From an uncultured Desulfarculus sp. (GTDB taxonomy: Bacteria > Desulfobacterota > Desulfarculia > Desulfarculales > Desulfarculaceae), in the NCBI GenBank assembly GCA_963665125.2, contig CAXXUK010000002.1, positions 1,152,001-1,216,000 of the forward strand: DNA of 64,000 nt. The letters are read 5' to 3'. Positions 20,382-29,663 of the stretch are shown piece after piece (the first letter of the stretch is position 1; the number at the start of each line of letters is the position of its first letter). The notes beneath the pieces were generated by a model. The model did not search any database. It saw only the letters and a list, made by a program, of their open reading frames with translations, and was not told where the DNA came from. Made by a program: the position numbers and the translations under genes.

Positions 20382-21689
20382 TCAACTTGAAAAACACTGC
20401 TTGCGCAATTTCCATTCAGATCCGGTCCACATCCAGAGGTGAGGGGAGCGGTACTGATCGATTAGCAACTGGAAGTATTCAGAATCGACAACAGGTTGTT
20501 CGAACTGAAGGGAAGCTATTTCAAACTCATGCTTAGGTATCGAAATGTACTGAAAAAACTCCTCGTTGAAACGCTCAGGATACTCACCGTCGTATCGCCT
20601 CACCAGGGCCTGCCCTTCCTCCCTGGTGATGTCGGTATTTCGAATCTCTTGAGCCGTATCATATGTTGCGCGCCCTATACCAAACTTGATGAACGTAGTA
20701 TAGTAATGATAGTCATCAATCTTGTCATCAATTGAACTGTACTTAGAATAGGTTCCCACATTCCGCTCGGGAGCCGCTCGAAACCCACCATAATCCACCG
20801 CATAATAATAGCACTTCTGCGGGTGCCATTTTTTGTAGTACCCAAGGTAACGGATATCAATATGGTTCGCCTTCAGCAATTCAGGCTTGGGCGGCATATA
20901 GGCCTGAAGGTCCACATCGGAAAGACCGAAATCACTCTTTAATTCGGCAATGGTTGTGCCGGCAAGGTATATCTCCGATGGATCGGCAGTGCTGATATAG
21001 TCCCAATTTTTTTCACCATCATTTCGCGTTTTCGAAGCGTTTCCATATTCCGTGGGATTTTCCCCATAAAACACCAACGGTATGCCAAGTTGGGCAGCCA
21101 TTTGAGGGGGGAAATACATCTGCCCCATCATGAATGGCTGGAAGGGGTGAAGCAGTTTTTCTAGTGCAAGGCGGGTCATTAGCCTGTGAACGCGTCCGTT
21201 GGGTGTAAACAGATAGTTCGCAAAGCCGGCGTTTGTCCAAGCTTCGAAATTTCGCCAACCCCAATCTGTATAAATATGAGGAGCCCAGGTTATCGTCAAC
21301 GGGTTCATGTTAAATTCGTGTTTTAAAACCCATGAGGTATAAAAACTATCTTTGCCGCCTGAACCTGGGACGATTACATCATATGAACCATCATTTTTCC
21401 TGTAACGATCGCACAGATCGGCAAGCTCACGGCGCCTCTCCTCCCAATCTACGGCCTCTTTTTTTTCAGCCACCCGGCAGGCGAAACAGACGCCTTCATC
21501 ATCAAACATAACGGTCTCTTTTCGCGTACCCTTGCTATGTTTGAACTCCTGTGCCGAATTCGGTTTCTGGTTGGAGTATGTACAACGGCTGCAGAACTTA
21601 ATTTCCTGGGGAAGGCCGTAATACACGGGCAGGTCTCCCCCTTCGATGGGATATAGAGCCTTATCAACGGGTTTGGGACGGTATAGCAT
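20382..21689 (-). CDS. N-acetyl sugar amidotransferase (WbpG/WbuX/PseA-like PP-loop protein)
   Basis: CSRC...CFAC, PP-loop SGGKDS, FYGEN, YSSIDD, KFGIGRAT. Confidence 0.88.
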   Translation of the reverse strand: MLYRPKPVDKALYPIEGGDLPVYYGLPQEIKFCSRCTYSNQKPNSAQEFKHSKGTRKETVMFDDEGVCFACRVAEKKEAVDWEERRRELADLCDRYRKNDGSYDVIVPGSGGKDSFYTSWVLKHEFNMNPLTITWAPHIYTDWGWRNFEAWTNAGFANYLFTPNGRVHRLMTRLALEKLLHPFQPFMMGQMYFPPQMAAQLGIPLVFYGENPTEYGNASKTRNDGEKNWDYISTADPSEIYLAGTTIAELKSDFGLSDVDLQAYMPPKPELLKANHIDIRYLGYYKKWHPQKCYYYAVDYGGFRAAPERNVGTYSKYSSIDDKIDDYHYYTTFIKFGIGRATYDTAQEIRNTDITREEGQALVRRYDGEYPERFNEEFFQYISIPKHEFEIASLQFEQPVVDSEYFQLLIDQYRSPHLWMWTGSEWKLRKQCFSS

Positions 21690-22054
21690 GATAAATTACC
21701 GAATGATTATAGACTGCTAGTAATGGGAATGAATAGTGATATTGGGCAGGTAGGCAACACGCATCTTCCCAACCTGGCAACATTGGTTTTGATGGTGTAT
21801 GCCTCAGTATCCTATGCATTTCATTTTACGGGATCGCTTTGAACATACATGTGAGCGCATTTTCTTCAGCTTGTTGCAGGAATTAGTGAGCAACTCACTT
21901 AACTCACATTTCCCTTTCATGTCGAGACTCCTACCGGCTTGCCACGAGAAGCCTCAATAAAAGGATTGCTGGACTATTTCAAATTCACTATACTCCATTT
22001 TCAACCATCAAGCAATTTTCACCGCTATAAAGGTGATGTATCATATATTGTATC

Positions 22055-22942
22055 AGCGGTTGTCTCCGGAAATCGGGCAGTTGTGATAGGCGGATTTGGT
22101 CTTGAAGCAATTGGAGGAACCGATGGGCAAGCTGATCCAGCCCAGTTTTGACGAGCACCGGAATAAGCGAGTAAATTGCTTAACGGAGGTGTTCGATGCC
22201 ATCACAGAAGAGCCGGAAGAAACCCACCAGGCGGCACTATTCGCCGGAATTCAAGAACGAAGCTCTGGGCTTGGCTGAGCAGGTTGGCGCTGTTGGTGCG
22301 GCCAAGCAACTTGGTCTGCATTAGTCCCAGCTTTACGCTTGGCGCAAGAAGGCCCGCTATGAGGCCAGCCGCAGTGAGACCGAAAAGGAATTGGAAATCG
22401 AAAACGCCATGCTGAAGCGTCAGCTTGCCCAGCAGGCCGAGGAGATTGCAATCTTAAAAAAGGAAAGCGCGTACTTCGCGAAAAGCATGAAGTGGAGTAC
22501 GCGTTCATGCAGCAAAACGCAGGCACATACAGCATTACGGCACAGCGTTTTGCCTTTGGCGTGTCACGTGGCGGGTATTATGGCCGGCGGCGCAGGCTGC
22601 AAAACCCCAGTCAAAGGCAGATGGAGCGTGAGAGACTCGATCAACTGGCGAAAGAGACCTTTGACATTCGCAGGGGCCGTAGAGGAGCCGTGGGGCTGAT
22701 CTTCGACCTTAAGGGTCAGAGCCGTAAATACAACCGCAAAACCATGGCCAAAAGCATGAATAAGCAGGGCTTGGTGGCAAAAGTGGCCAGGAAGTTCAAG
22801 GCCACCACTGATTCGGACCACGGTAGGCCGGTGGCTCCAAATTTGTTGGCCCAGGACGTTAGCGCAACCGCTCCAAATCAGAAGTGGGTCTGCGATATCA
22901 CCTACCTTTGGAACGGCGAGGGCTGGTTGTACCTGGCGGTTT
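22055..22942 (+). mobile_element. IS-B-like left end (22055-22132) fused to a decayed IS3-group element (from TGATCCAGCCC at 22133)
   Basis: AGCGGTTGTCTCCGGAAATCGGGCAGTTGTGATAGG; frameshifted orfA; orfB with FKATTDS, APNLL, NQKWVCDITYL, WLYLAV, then truncated. Confidence 0.8.
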
Positions 22943-22959
22943 GAACCTGTAAATTTCTT

Positions 22960-23322
22960 TTATTTAGTGCTATTGAAAAGCAGAGATTTCCGGGTCGTTT
23001 TGAGCGAGGTGTTCTGATGGCGTCAGGTTGCCGAGGGACTCGTGGGGATGCAGCAGTTTCTCTCAAGTTCCTTAGCCACCAGGCCTGGGTGGCCTGCAAC
23101 CCTCCATATTCCTTGTGCCAACGATAATCGGTATGCTCGGTGATCCCAAGCGCGCGAGCTACTTGCCCGACATTCTGCCCATTGGCCAATAAAATCTCAG
23201 CTTCCCGAAGCTTGATGATGATCTGCTCCGCCATGAAGCGCTTCGATGCCCATTGCTGCCTCCCTAATCCTCGGTCCATTCCTAATAAACAACAAATGGA
23301 TCCGTTTTTGGCGGGCAGGTCA
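22960..23322 (-). mobile_element. IS407-group (IS3 family) left-end/orfA remnant
   Basis: Minus-strand start TGACCTGCCCGCCAAAAACGGATCCA at 23322; KRFMAEQIIIKLREAE...YRWHKEYGGL. Confidence 0.78.
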
Positions 23323-24651
23323 AATATACTCGGTTAAAATCATGGATAATTTCCGGCTTTGGCCGGCGCATGAATATTCCAGGACCTTTTGCCAACGATC
23401 CTGGGGATATAGATATGACTTTCCGTCTCTCGCCATCTCCAATGCCTGCATGAGATGAAGCTTGCAGTCATCCACATTATATAGATCAGCGGCGGCGTCC
23501 GTACGCCTGCAGATTTTGGTTAACGCCCCGGGACCGGCCAAAGATACCCACACCTTGCGGCGAGCGGCCAGGTATTCAAAAAATTTTGACGAAGTTACGC
23601 CCTCATGCCCCGGTCCGAACCATATGCTTGCGTATAAAATATCAGCCTCTTTTTGTAGTCTTAGGCTTTCGTTGAGGCTAACCGGCGGAAACACCTTATA
23701 CATTGCGCTTAAGTCAGGGTAGGTGTTCGCAAGCCACTTTTCTAAAAAATCATGATTGGGGCAATAAAATTCCACTAAGACTTCCCCATCAACAACATCA
23801 CCCCGTTGCCGCAACTCCGCGATGGCGTCCATGAGCATGTCGGGCATACGCAAATCAGGATAAACCCTGCCGGTAAAGAGTATTCGCAACGGTATTTTTA
23901 GATCGATCCACTCACCTTCCAGCGGAACGGGCGTCTCATTGGTCTCCAATGGAAAACAGTTTGTTACCACGCTGGCCGGTTTGTTGTGCACCCGGCCCAA
24001 GTGGCTGGCCATCGGCTCGGAGATGGACACGATGGCTGATGCCCCGGACATCACCTTGCGTTCCATTGTTTTTTCAAACTGGTACAGAATGCCTGTTTTC
24101 GTGGAAAAATGATTATCAGCCCAATAGTCGCCGAAATATGCCACCCATGGAATCCGTAGCATGCGGGCCAAAATTGCTGCCATCATATGCGATTCCGGCG
24201 GGTTTGACCTGCTTAAGATGATGTTCGGGCTGAATCGCTTGGCCCATTGGGCAGCTTGGCCCGCCCAGGCCAGCCACCAGGCGCGAAGTGGCAAAGGCAA
24301 TTTGTGGCTGGCGGCGGCGGCAAAACGTACGAATGAATTCCCACTGTCGCTGGCCGATTTGGTGAAGGTCTGGCCAGGCCTGGATAACCGGCCTGGCTTT
24401 TTAATCAACATATACTCAATGCCATCAGGGAGGTCCATGCGGTCGGGGCGATCCATTGTCGAAAGCAGACCCAAATGCCAACCAATGTCCCTGAGACCGC
24501 ACATCAGCCGTCTATTATTTATGCTGGCCGGCCTTGACGCACCTGGGGGATGATAAGCGACAAACAAGCATTTGCTTCCCTGTACCCCGCTGCTAACACT
24601 GTCCATATCTAAAGATGCTTTTACTGCCTGATGCGCGAAATCAAAGCTCAT
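23320..24651 (-). CDS. Glycosyltransferase, GT4/GT-B type
   Basis: AYHPP, PWVAYFGDYW, VVTNCF, SSKFFEYLAA. Confidence 0.85.
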   Translation of the reverse strand: MSFDFAHQAVKASLDMDSVSSGVQGSKCLFVAYHPPGASRPASINNRRLMCGLRDIGWHLGLLSTMDRPDRMDLPDGIEYMLIKKPGRLSRPGQTFTKSASDSGNSFVRFAAAASHKLPLPLRAWWLAWAGQAAQWAKRFSPNIILSRSNPPESHMMAAILARMLRIPWVAYFGDYWADNHFSTKTGILYQFEKTMERKVMSGASAIVSISEPMASHLGRVHNKPASVVTNCFPLETNETPVPLEGEWIDLKIPLRILFTGRVYPDLRMPDMLMDAIAELRQRGDVVDGEVLVEFYCPNHDFLEKWLANTYPDLSAMYKVFPPVSLNESLRLQKEADILYASIWFGPGHEGVTSSKFFEYLAARRKVWVSLAGPGALTKICRRTDAAADLYNVDDCKLHLMQALEMARDGKSYLYPQDRWQKVLEYSCAGQSRKLSMILTEYI

Positions 24652-24887
24652 GCAATCTTGCCACCCGATCGCCAGTAATTACTGACAACAATAATGGTTA
24701 TACCAATTGGCTGGTTTCGGAGAGCCCACTGTCTGGTATTTTTTTCTAGTGAACAGGACCTCAGCGGAAAGCCTGCTATTCAGTATGGATTATGCGTCCT
24801 TGTTTTCTGGAGTTGTATAACTCTGTGGCCAGAGTCGTTTCAACACCGCCACAATTATACTCAGCTTTAGTGTAAATATCCATAAGT

Positions 24888-26104
24888 TGACCTCTCCCTG
24901 GAAAATGGTACCAGTGTAAATTAGAGGAATGCGGCATAATACACACGCATGTATGGAGGTATTTTGCCGTGAAGAAGACCAAGTTTACAGATGAGCAGAT
25001 AGCGTTTGCGTTGCGCCAGGCCGAGACTGGCACCAGGGTGGCCGAGGTCTGCCGCAAGATGGGGATCAGCGAAGCCACGTTTTACAATTGGAAGAAGAAG
25101 TATGGCGGCTTGGGCGTGGCCGAGGTTCGGCGCTTGAAGCAATTGGAAGAGGAAAACAGACGTCTTAAGCGCATGGTGGCCGACCTGAGCCTGGACAAGC
25201 AGATGCTTCAGGACGTGCTGTCAAAAAAGCTCTGAGGCCGGCCCAGAAGCGCAAGTTGGTGGATGTGTTGGGTCAGGCCTACCAGGTGGGAGTACGCCGG
25301 GCATGTGCGGTGCTTGGGCTCAGCCGTACCAGCTACTACTATCGTTCGATCAGGATCGATGATTTTGCATTGCGCAAGCGGATCAGGGAGATCGCCGAGA
25401 CCAGGATCAGATATGGCTATCAACGCATCCACGTGCTCTTGCGCCGCGAGGGCTGGCCAGTGAATCATAAACGGGTCTACCGTATCTACTGCGAGGAAGG
25501 CCTGAATTTCAGAAGCAAGCGCCCCAAGAGGCGCAGGTCTGCGGCTCATCGTAAAAAGCAGCCGCAAGCTACAAGGATCGACCAGGTTTGGTCCATGGAT
25601 TTTGTGGCGGACAATCTGTTTAACGGGCGCCGAATTCGGGCCTTAACTGTGGTGGATATTTTTCGCTGGCAAAGCCCGGCAATCCATATGGATCATTCCA
25701 TCAAGGCCGAGCAGGTGGTGTCCACCATGGATGCGTTGCGGCTGTTTGCCGGGCGCATGCCCGAACGCATTCAGGTGGACAACGGCCCGGAATTCATCTC
25801 CAAAGCTTTGGATAAGCGGGCCTATGAAAACGGTGTAACCTTTGATTTATCCAGGCCGGGAAAACCCATGGATAACGCCTTTATTGAGTCCTTCAATGGA
25901 AGCTTCCTGAATGAGTTCCTGAATGTGCATTGTTTTTTATCGGTTGCCGATGCCCGCAAGAAGATCGAACAATGGCGCTGGGATTGTAATCGTTTCAGGC
26001 CTTATTCCTCCCTGTGGAACAAGCCCCCGGATCAGTTTATGGAGGAGGCCTTAGAAAGCCGGATTTCTCTACAGTTGCCCGGTACCGCCAAGGGGTGAGG
26101 CTCA
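24888..26104 (+). mobile_element. IS407-group IS3-family element; orfA 24969-25235, orfB to 26098
   Basis: TGACCTCTCCCTGGAAAATGGTACC ... GGTACCGCCAAGGGGTGAGGCTCA; A-AAA-AAG slippery site at 25223-25229; WSMDF, VDNGPEF, NAFIESFNG. Some usually conserved residues look drifted and no target duplication is seen. Confidence 0.88.
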
Positions 26105-26357
26105 CATTCAATTCTATCCGGGCAGGCGGTGGCTGGCATAACGGGGTGCAAAGCCAGGCATAGAAGGCAAAGTGCGGCAACGTGAATACCCCTACGAATG
26201 CGACTCTCCGAGAAAAAATGGTGTCATAAATACTCTGTTTGACACTTCTTGTATTGCCGGCAGCACATAGTCGATTGCGATGTTTGCTTGGGAAATATAG
26301 AGGCGCCGCCAGTATATGAAAAGCTGACGGCGCCTAGGCAGAGGCTTACAATGGGGC

Positions 26358-27632
26358 TTAATGTCTGGTGGTGTTGTCTTGAACCACCTGGTCCACCTCT
26401 GAAATGGCCTGGTTGATGTCGGCAATGCCATGGGCCTGCTGGTTGGAGGCCACGGCGATTTCATCGAGCATTCTGCCAACGTCGGAGACGGTTTTGGCGA
26501 CCTCGCCGAAGGCCTCGTTGGCCCTGGTCACCAATTCGCCGCCAACTTTGATCTTGCGGACAGTGCCTTCCAGGAGGCCGGAAGTGTTCTTGGCCGCTTC
26601 TGTTGAGCGCATGGCCAGGTTTCGCACTTCCTCGGCAACCACGGCAAAACCCACCCCGGCCTCACCGGCCCTGGCCGCCTCCACCGCCGCGTTGAGGGCC
26701 AGCAGGTTGGTTTGGAAAGCGATCTCGTCGATGGTCTTGATGATTTTTACGGTTTCATCGCTGGCCCTGCTGATTTCATCCATGGACTCGTTGAGTTCGG
26801 TCATGGAGTCGTTGGCCCTCTGAACCATATCACCCGACTGCTTCATCAGGCCGTCGGCCTTTTCTGCATTGTCCGCGTTTTGCCTGGTCATGGAGGCCAT
26901 GTCCTTGAGGGTTTCGGTGGCCAAACGGTTGGTGGTTTGGCCCACCTGGGCGAATATGTTTTCCAGGTTATCGGCCAGGGCCGTGAGCTTTTGGGCCGAC
27001 TCCTCCTGTTCCTTGCGGGCCCGGCTCTGGGCCTCCAGGGCCTCGCCCTGCATGGCGAACGCAAACTTGAAACCTCGGATATTGAAAAACATCGTGGTTA
27101 TCAGGGCCGCCAACGGGCCGAGGATGTTCGCCGTCTGGGCCGTGGCAAGTTGGGCCTCGGTGAGCGGCACCATGGGCAGGGGGATGCCCAGCTTTTTGAT
27201 CACCACAAAACCGGCCATCTCCAAAACCATCAGGGTTGACCACACCGCGAAACTGCGCATGCCCAGGAAGGTGGCCACGAATGCCGGTAGGATCAGGTTC
27301 CAGGTGAGGGCCGAGGAGTCGATTCCGCCGGTGACGTATGGGAGATAGGTAAAATGGCAGGCCAAGGCCACGAAAATGAGGTTGCCCATCACCTGCAAAG
27401 ACTTGGTCAGACGCAAAATGACCGGCATAACGGTTACTACCGTACCGGCTATCGTCATGGACCAGGCCAGGGGAGGATAGCCCAGCTTGAACCACTTGAC
27501 GATGTTGTAGATAAAAAACAGCGGTCCGAAGATGGAAAAGGTGACAAGCTGCCGTGAGCGGCGGTACAAGTCGGGGTCATCCTTATAAGATTCTGGAATA
27601 GCCCATTCGATGTAATGCTTGAAAATATTCAT
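26358..27632 (-). CDS. Methyl-accepting chemotaxis protein with multi-pass membrane N-terminus
   Basis: IDEIAFQTNLLALNAAVEAARAGEAGVGFAVVAEEVRNLA. Start reassigned to MNIFKHY after a GGAAAGGA ribosome-binding site. Confidence 0.92.
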   Translation of the reverse strand: MNIFKHYIEWAIPESYKDDPDLYRRSRQLVTFSIFGPLFFIYNIVKWFKLGYPPLAWSMTIAGTVVTVMPVILRLTKSLQVMGNLIFVALACHFTYLPYVTGGIDSSALTWNLILPAFVATFLGMRSFAVWSTLMVLEMAGFVVIKKLGIPLPMVPLTEAQLATAQTANILGPLAALITTMFFNIRGFKFAFAMQGEALEAQSRARKEQEESAQKLTALADNLENIFAQVGQTTNRLATETLKDMASMTRQNADNAEKADGLMKQSGDMVQRANDSMTELNESMDEISRASDETVKIIKTIDEIAFQTNLLALNAAVEAARAGEAGVGFAVVAEEVRNLAMRSTEAAKNTSGLLEGTVRKIKVGGELVTRANEAFGEVAKTVSDVGRMLDEIAVASNQQAHGIADINQAISEVDQVVQDNTTRH

Positions 27633-27724
27633 GAAAATCCTTTCCATCCGTGTCTTGGTAAACAGGCCGACCACGAAATGATAAGGAATCAGCTTGGCGC
27701 AAGTCAACAATCTGATTTTGGGAT

Positions 27725-28579
27725 TTATACCGTTGTGAAAATAATGCCGCTCCAGCCCAGACGCCGGACCTGACGGCGAGGGCGCATAGCGGCGCGGGAA
27801 AACGCCTCGATGATTTCGGGCTCCGCCTCGTTGCGGAAGCCGCTGGTTACCAGGCAGCCGCCCGGAGCGGTCATCTCGGCCAAATTTTTGCCAAGGGCCA
27901 TGAGCAGCGGGCCGGGCAGGTTGGCGGCCACCAACCCATAGCGTCCGCTGACGCATTCATGGGTGCCCTGGGCGAAATGGACCAGCGGACCGGCCAGGGG
28001 ATTGAGAGACTGGTTGCGTTGGCAGGCCCGGCGGGCCGCCGGGTCCGGGTCCACGGCCAGGACCGTCAGGCCGCCCTTGAGGGCCATGGCCAAGGCCAGC
28101 ACGCCTGTGCCCGCTCCGATATCGGCGGCCCATGAACCCGGCTCGGGTACCGGCCCCGCTTGGCCAGTGAAAAATTCGGCAAGTAGGGCCAGGTTTAGCC
28201 AGGTGCTGGGGTGCTCGCCCGAGCCGAAGGCCGTGAGCGGATCGATTATCACGGTGTCCGAGTCCGCGGCAATGCCGCTGCCCGCGGCGGCCAGGCACAG
28301 GCCTGGCCCGATTTCGCTGCTCACCGGCTTGGTCCAGATTTGCACCGGGTCCGCTGTGCACATGTATGCAACGCGTTCGATTTGATATTCCGCAGCCGCC
28401 GATTGAACGAAATCACGGTTTTGGGGCGTGTCGGCCCAAATCGTCCATACGGCGCTTTGCCTGATCATCACATGGGCCGCGCCCGCCTTGCGCATGGTTC
28501 GGGCCAAACGCCGGGACTTGTCGGAGTCTTGGCAGATAAAACGCGCATCTATCCAGGAGTTATGCCGGTTTGATTCCAT
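27725..28579 (-). CDS. PrmA-like (ribosomal protein L11) SAM-dependent methyltransferase
   Basis: IIDPLTAFGSGEHPST, DIGAGTGVL, VAANL, LVTSGF. Confidence 0.8.
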   Translation of the reverse strand: MESNRHNSWIDARFICQDSDKSRRLARTMRKAGAAHVMIRQSAVWTIWADTPQNRDFVQSAAAEYQIERVAYMCTADPVQIWTKPVSSEIGPGLCLAAAGSGIAADSDTVIIDPLTAFGSGEHPSTWLNLALLAEFFTGQAGPVPEPGSWAADIGAGTGVLALAMALKGGLTVLAVDPDPAARRACQRNQSLNPLAGPLVHFAQGTHECVSGRYGLVAANLPGPLLMALGKNLAEMTAPGGCLVTSGFRNEAEPEIIEAFSRAAMRPRRQVRRLGWSGIIFTTV

Positions 28580-28799
28580 TTGCCCGCGCAGACGTGGGTA
28601 AGTTGGGTTGAAGATTCGCTGATGTTATACTTTGCGGCCGTAATGCGCAACCATTGCCGGTGTTGAGCGGATGCTGTTTTTTTGATAAAAAACTCCTTGA
28701 TTCATTGCACAAACCGATATTATGCCCTATTTTTTTAGTAATAATTTGGCATAACGCTCCCCACGGCCCGGCGGGGCGCTTAAAGAAAGGCGATGCAAC

Positions 28800-29138
28800 A
28801 TGGTGGAAGTCACTCCGAGCGCCAATGAGGCGATCAAAGAGTTCCTGAAGGAACGCAATCTCGAGTCTGCGCTGAGAGTATATCTCCAGTCCGGCGGCTG
28901 AGGCGGCCCGTCCTTGCGCTTGGTTCTGGATGAACCAAAGGACAACGACGACAGCTACGAGTTCGATGGCCTGACCTATCTGATCGACAAGGAATTGTCG
29001 GAACTCAGCGGAGATGTAAAGGTTGATTTTGTTGACAACGGCTGGCAAAAAGGATTTGCCATCAGTTCCGCGAAGCCCCTGGGCGGCGGAGGCTGTAGTG
29101 GCGACAGTTGCAGCACCGGCGGAAGCTGTTCCTGCTAG
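28800..29138 (+). CDS. IscA/HesB-family protein, probable selenoprotein (UGA at 28899-28901 read as Sec)
   Basis: ATG at 28800 after GAAAGG gives MVEVTPSANEAIKEFLKERNLESALRVYLQSGG-U-GGPSLRLVLDEPKD..., in frame with ORF 28914-29138. The UGA aligns with the Cys in GGCSGP of the neighbouring paralogue. Confidence 0.9.
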
Positions 29139-29164
29139 CTCGTTGAATAAAATACGATATTGAT

Positions 29165-29198
29165 GGGCGGACCCCCTTGGGGGTCCGCTTATTTTTTT
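29165..29198 (+). terminator. Rho-independent terminator
   Basis: GGGCGGACCCCC-TT-GGGGGTCCGCTT hairpin followed by ATTTTTTT. Confidence 0.8.
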
Positions 29199-29273
29199 GC
29201 CGGGTTGCGTGGCCTGAAATAATGCCTATCATGACAATAGGAAATAAATGGGCGGAAAACCGCCTGGGAAAGG

Positions 29274-29615
29274 ATGATCAAAATGCTGCAAGTAACCGAA
29301 AGCGCCCGCCAGGCGGTAAAGAATTTCATGGAACAGAATAACCTGACCTCGGCCATCAGGGTCTTTCAGGGAATGGGAGGCTGTTCCGGGCCGCAACTGG
29401 CGATAAAGGTAGATGAGCCCAAGGATAACGACGAGCAGTTTGAATACGACGGCCAGGTTTATGTGGTCGACAAGGGCCTGGACCTGATGACCGGCGGAAT
29501 CACGCTGGACTTCATCGAGGTCGATGGACGTCAGGGCTTTACCATAGGTACTGTTCGCCCAATGGGCGGCGGCTGTGACTGCAGCTCCGGCTGCGGCGAG
29601 GGCGGCTGCTGCTAG
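29274..29615 (+). CDS. IscA/HesB-family protein, cysteine form
   Basis: MLQVTESARQAV...IRVFQGMGGCSGPQLAIKVDEPKDND; Cys-rich C-terminal tail. Confidence 0.88.
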   Translation: MIKMLQVTESARQAVKNFMEQNNLTSAIRVFQGMGGCSGPQLAIKVDEPKDNDEQFEYDGQVYVVDKGLDLMTGGITLDFIEVDGRQGFTIGTVRPMGGGCDCSSGCGEGGCC

Positions 29616-29631
29616 GTGGGAGAAATAGGCG

Positions 29632-29663
29632 CGGGGCGGGTGTGAAAGCCCGCCCCATTTTTA
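29632..29663. terminator. Terminator hairpin between convergent genes
   Basis: GGGGCGGG-tgtgaaag-CCCGCCCC followed by ATTTTT. Confidence 0.65.

Noticed and set aside
26221..26245. Inverted repeat GTGTCA-N13-TGACAC near the island edge
   Set aside because: Only 6-bp arms, with no partner site or integrase in the window.
27633..27956. N-terminal extension of the MCP in the ORF track
   Set aside because: It overlaps the prmA-like gene; a ribosome-binding site and promoter-like hexamers support the start at 27632.
28899..28901. Reading the TGA as a pseudogenising nonsense mutation
   Set aside because: It falls exactly on the conserved Cys position and the rest of the gene is intact, which favours selenocysteine.
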